Shown here one piece after another: positions 63,510-64,000 of a stretch of DNA of 64,000 nucleotides. Within the stretch, counting starts at the first letter, position 1, and the number at the start of each line of letters is the position of its first letter. Below the pieces are notes generated by a model, which was given only the letters and a program-made list of their open reading frames with translations, was not told where the DNA came from and did not search any database. A program made the translations under genes and the position numbers. Source of the DNA: Candidatus Kerfeldbacteria bacterium (GTDB taxonomy: Bacteria > Patescibacteriota > Patescibacteriia > UBA10025 > JAHIVO01). The stretch covers positions 856,007-920,006 of the forward strand of contig JACROE010000002.1 in NCBI GenBank assembly GCA_016214565.1, written 5' to 3'.

Positions 63510-63842
63510 ATGTCTATCCACCAGGGAAAGATCAATAAGGAATTACTTAAGGGATCATTGGAGATTCTTTTGCTTTCGGTATTAAAGCAAAAATCTCTTT
63601 ATGGTTATTTAATCGTGAAAGAACTTAAATCACGCAGTGATGAAGTTTTTTCGTTAGGTGAAGGGACGCTGTACCCATTGCTGCATAAACTTGAAATTGA
63701 AGGCCTGCTTGAATCATGGTGGCAAGAAGTCGATGGTCGTCGCCGAAAATACTACAGTCTGACCAACAAAGGAAAAAAAGTATTGGCAGAAAAGGCCGCT
63801 GAGTGGCAGGCATTTGCAGAAGCAGTAAAAAAAGTAATGTAG
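63510..63842 (+). CDS. PadR family transcriptional regulator
   Basis: YGY, GTLYPLLHKLE, RRKYYSLT; palindrome CCTCG-TATTT-CGAGG upstream at 63478-63492. Confidence 0.93.
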   Translation: MSIHQGKINKELLKGSLEILLLSVLKQKSLYGYLIVKELKSRSDEVFSLGEGTLYPLLHKLEIEGLLESWWQEVDGRRRKYYSLTNKGKKVLAEKAAEWQAFAEAVKKVM

Positions 63843-63843
63843 T

Positions 63844-64000
63844 ATGTCAGTTCGAGATGATATTAAACTAGAATTAGAAAGCCACCTGGCTGACGCGACT
63901 GATGATTTAATCAAGCAAGGTATGACCCCGGATGCCGCCGCGGAAGCAGCGAAACGGAAGTTTGGTAACATCGAAGAGATTGCATCAGAAATGCAGGTTA
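63844..64000 (+). CDS. PadR-associated permease-prefix domain protein (partial, runs off the window)
   Basis: MSVRDDIKLELESHLADATDDLIKQGMTPDAAAEAAKRKFGNIEEIASEMQV. Confidence 0.75.
   Translation, partial: MSVRDDIKLELESHLADATDDLIKQGMTPDAAAEAAKRKFGNIEEIASEMQV

Noticed and set aside
62968-64000. Integrative element at tRNA-Trp
   Set aside because: No integrase or duplicated tRNA 3' end visible within the window

Overview
64 kb of bacterial chromosome read with the standard code (TGA is a stop; tRNA-Trp has anticodon CCA). Gene content and style suggest Patescibacteria/CPR (inference): a type IV pilus block, truncated ThrS and EF-Ts, DUF3048 and DUF5671-like proteins, and many apparently leaderless genes. 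Contents in order: GT-C glycosyltransferase; pilB-pilC-minor pilins; Cys-rich secreted proteins; ATP-grasp; ABC-F; lone RND pump; helicase-nuclease fusion; dciA-like; pheS-[four-helix-bundle gene]-pheT; gyrB; secE-nusG-rplK-[membrane gene]-rplA; a dTTP cluster split by an orphan island; gatB; hpf; miaA; T-box-thrS; dnaE; rodA; rplY; prmC-prfA-rpmE; rpsB-tsf; four tRNAs with rpmG. Most notable: (1) a ~260-nt highly branched candidate ncRNA with its own promoter and terminator at 44.5-44.9 kb; (2) seven dispersed orphan genes sharing a promoter/strong-SD/terminator architecture unlike many core genes, one encoding a stand-alone RNAP alpha-CTD-like domain; (3) a four-helix-bundle gene bracketed by inverted repeats inside pheST, plus a gene-less analogue; (4) an in-frame double-hairpin insertion in the helicase; (5) a duplicated thyA promoter and start. 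All calls were made by eye; no searches or folding programs were run.
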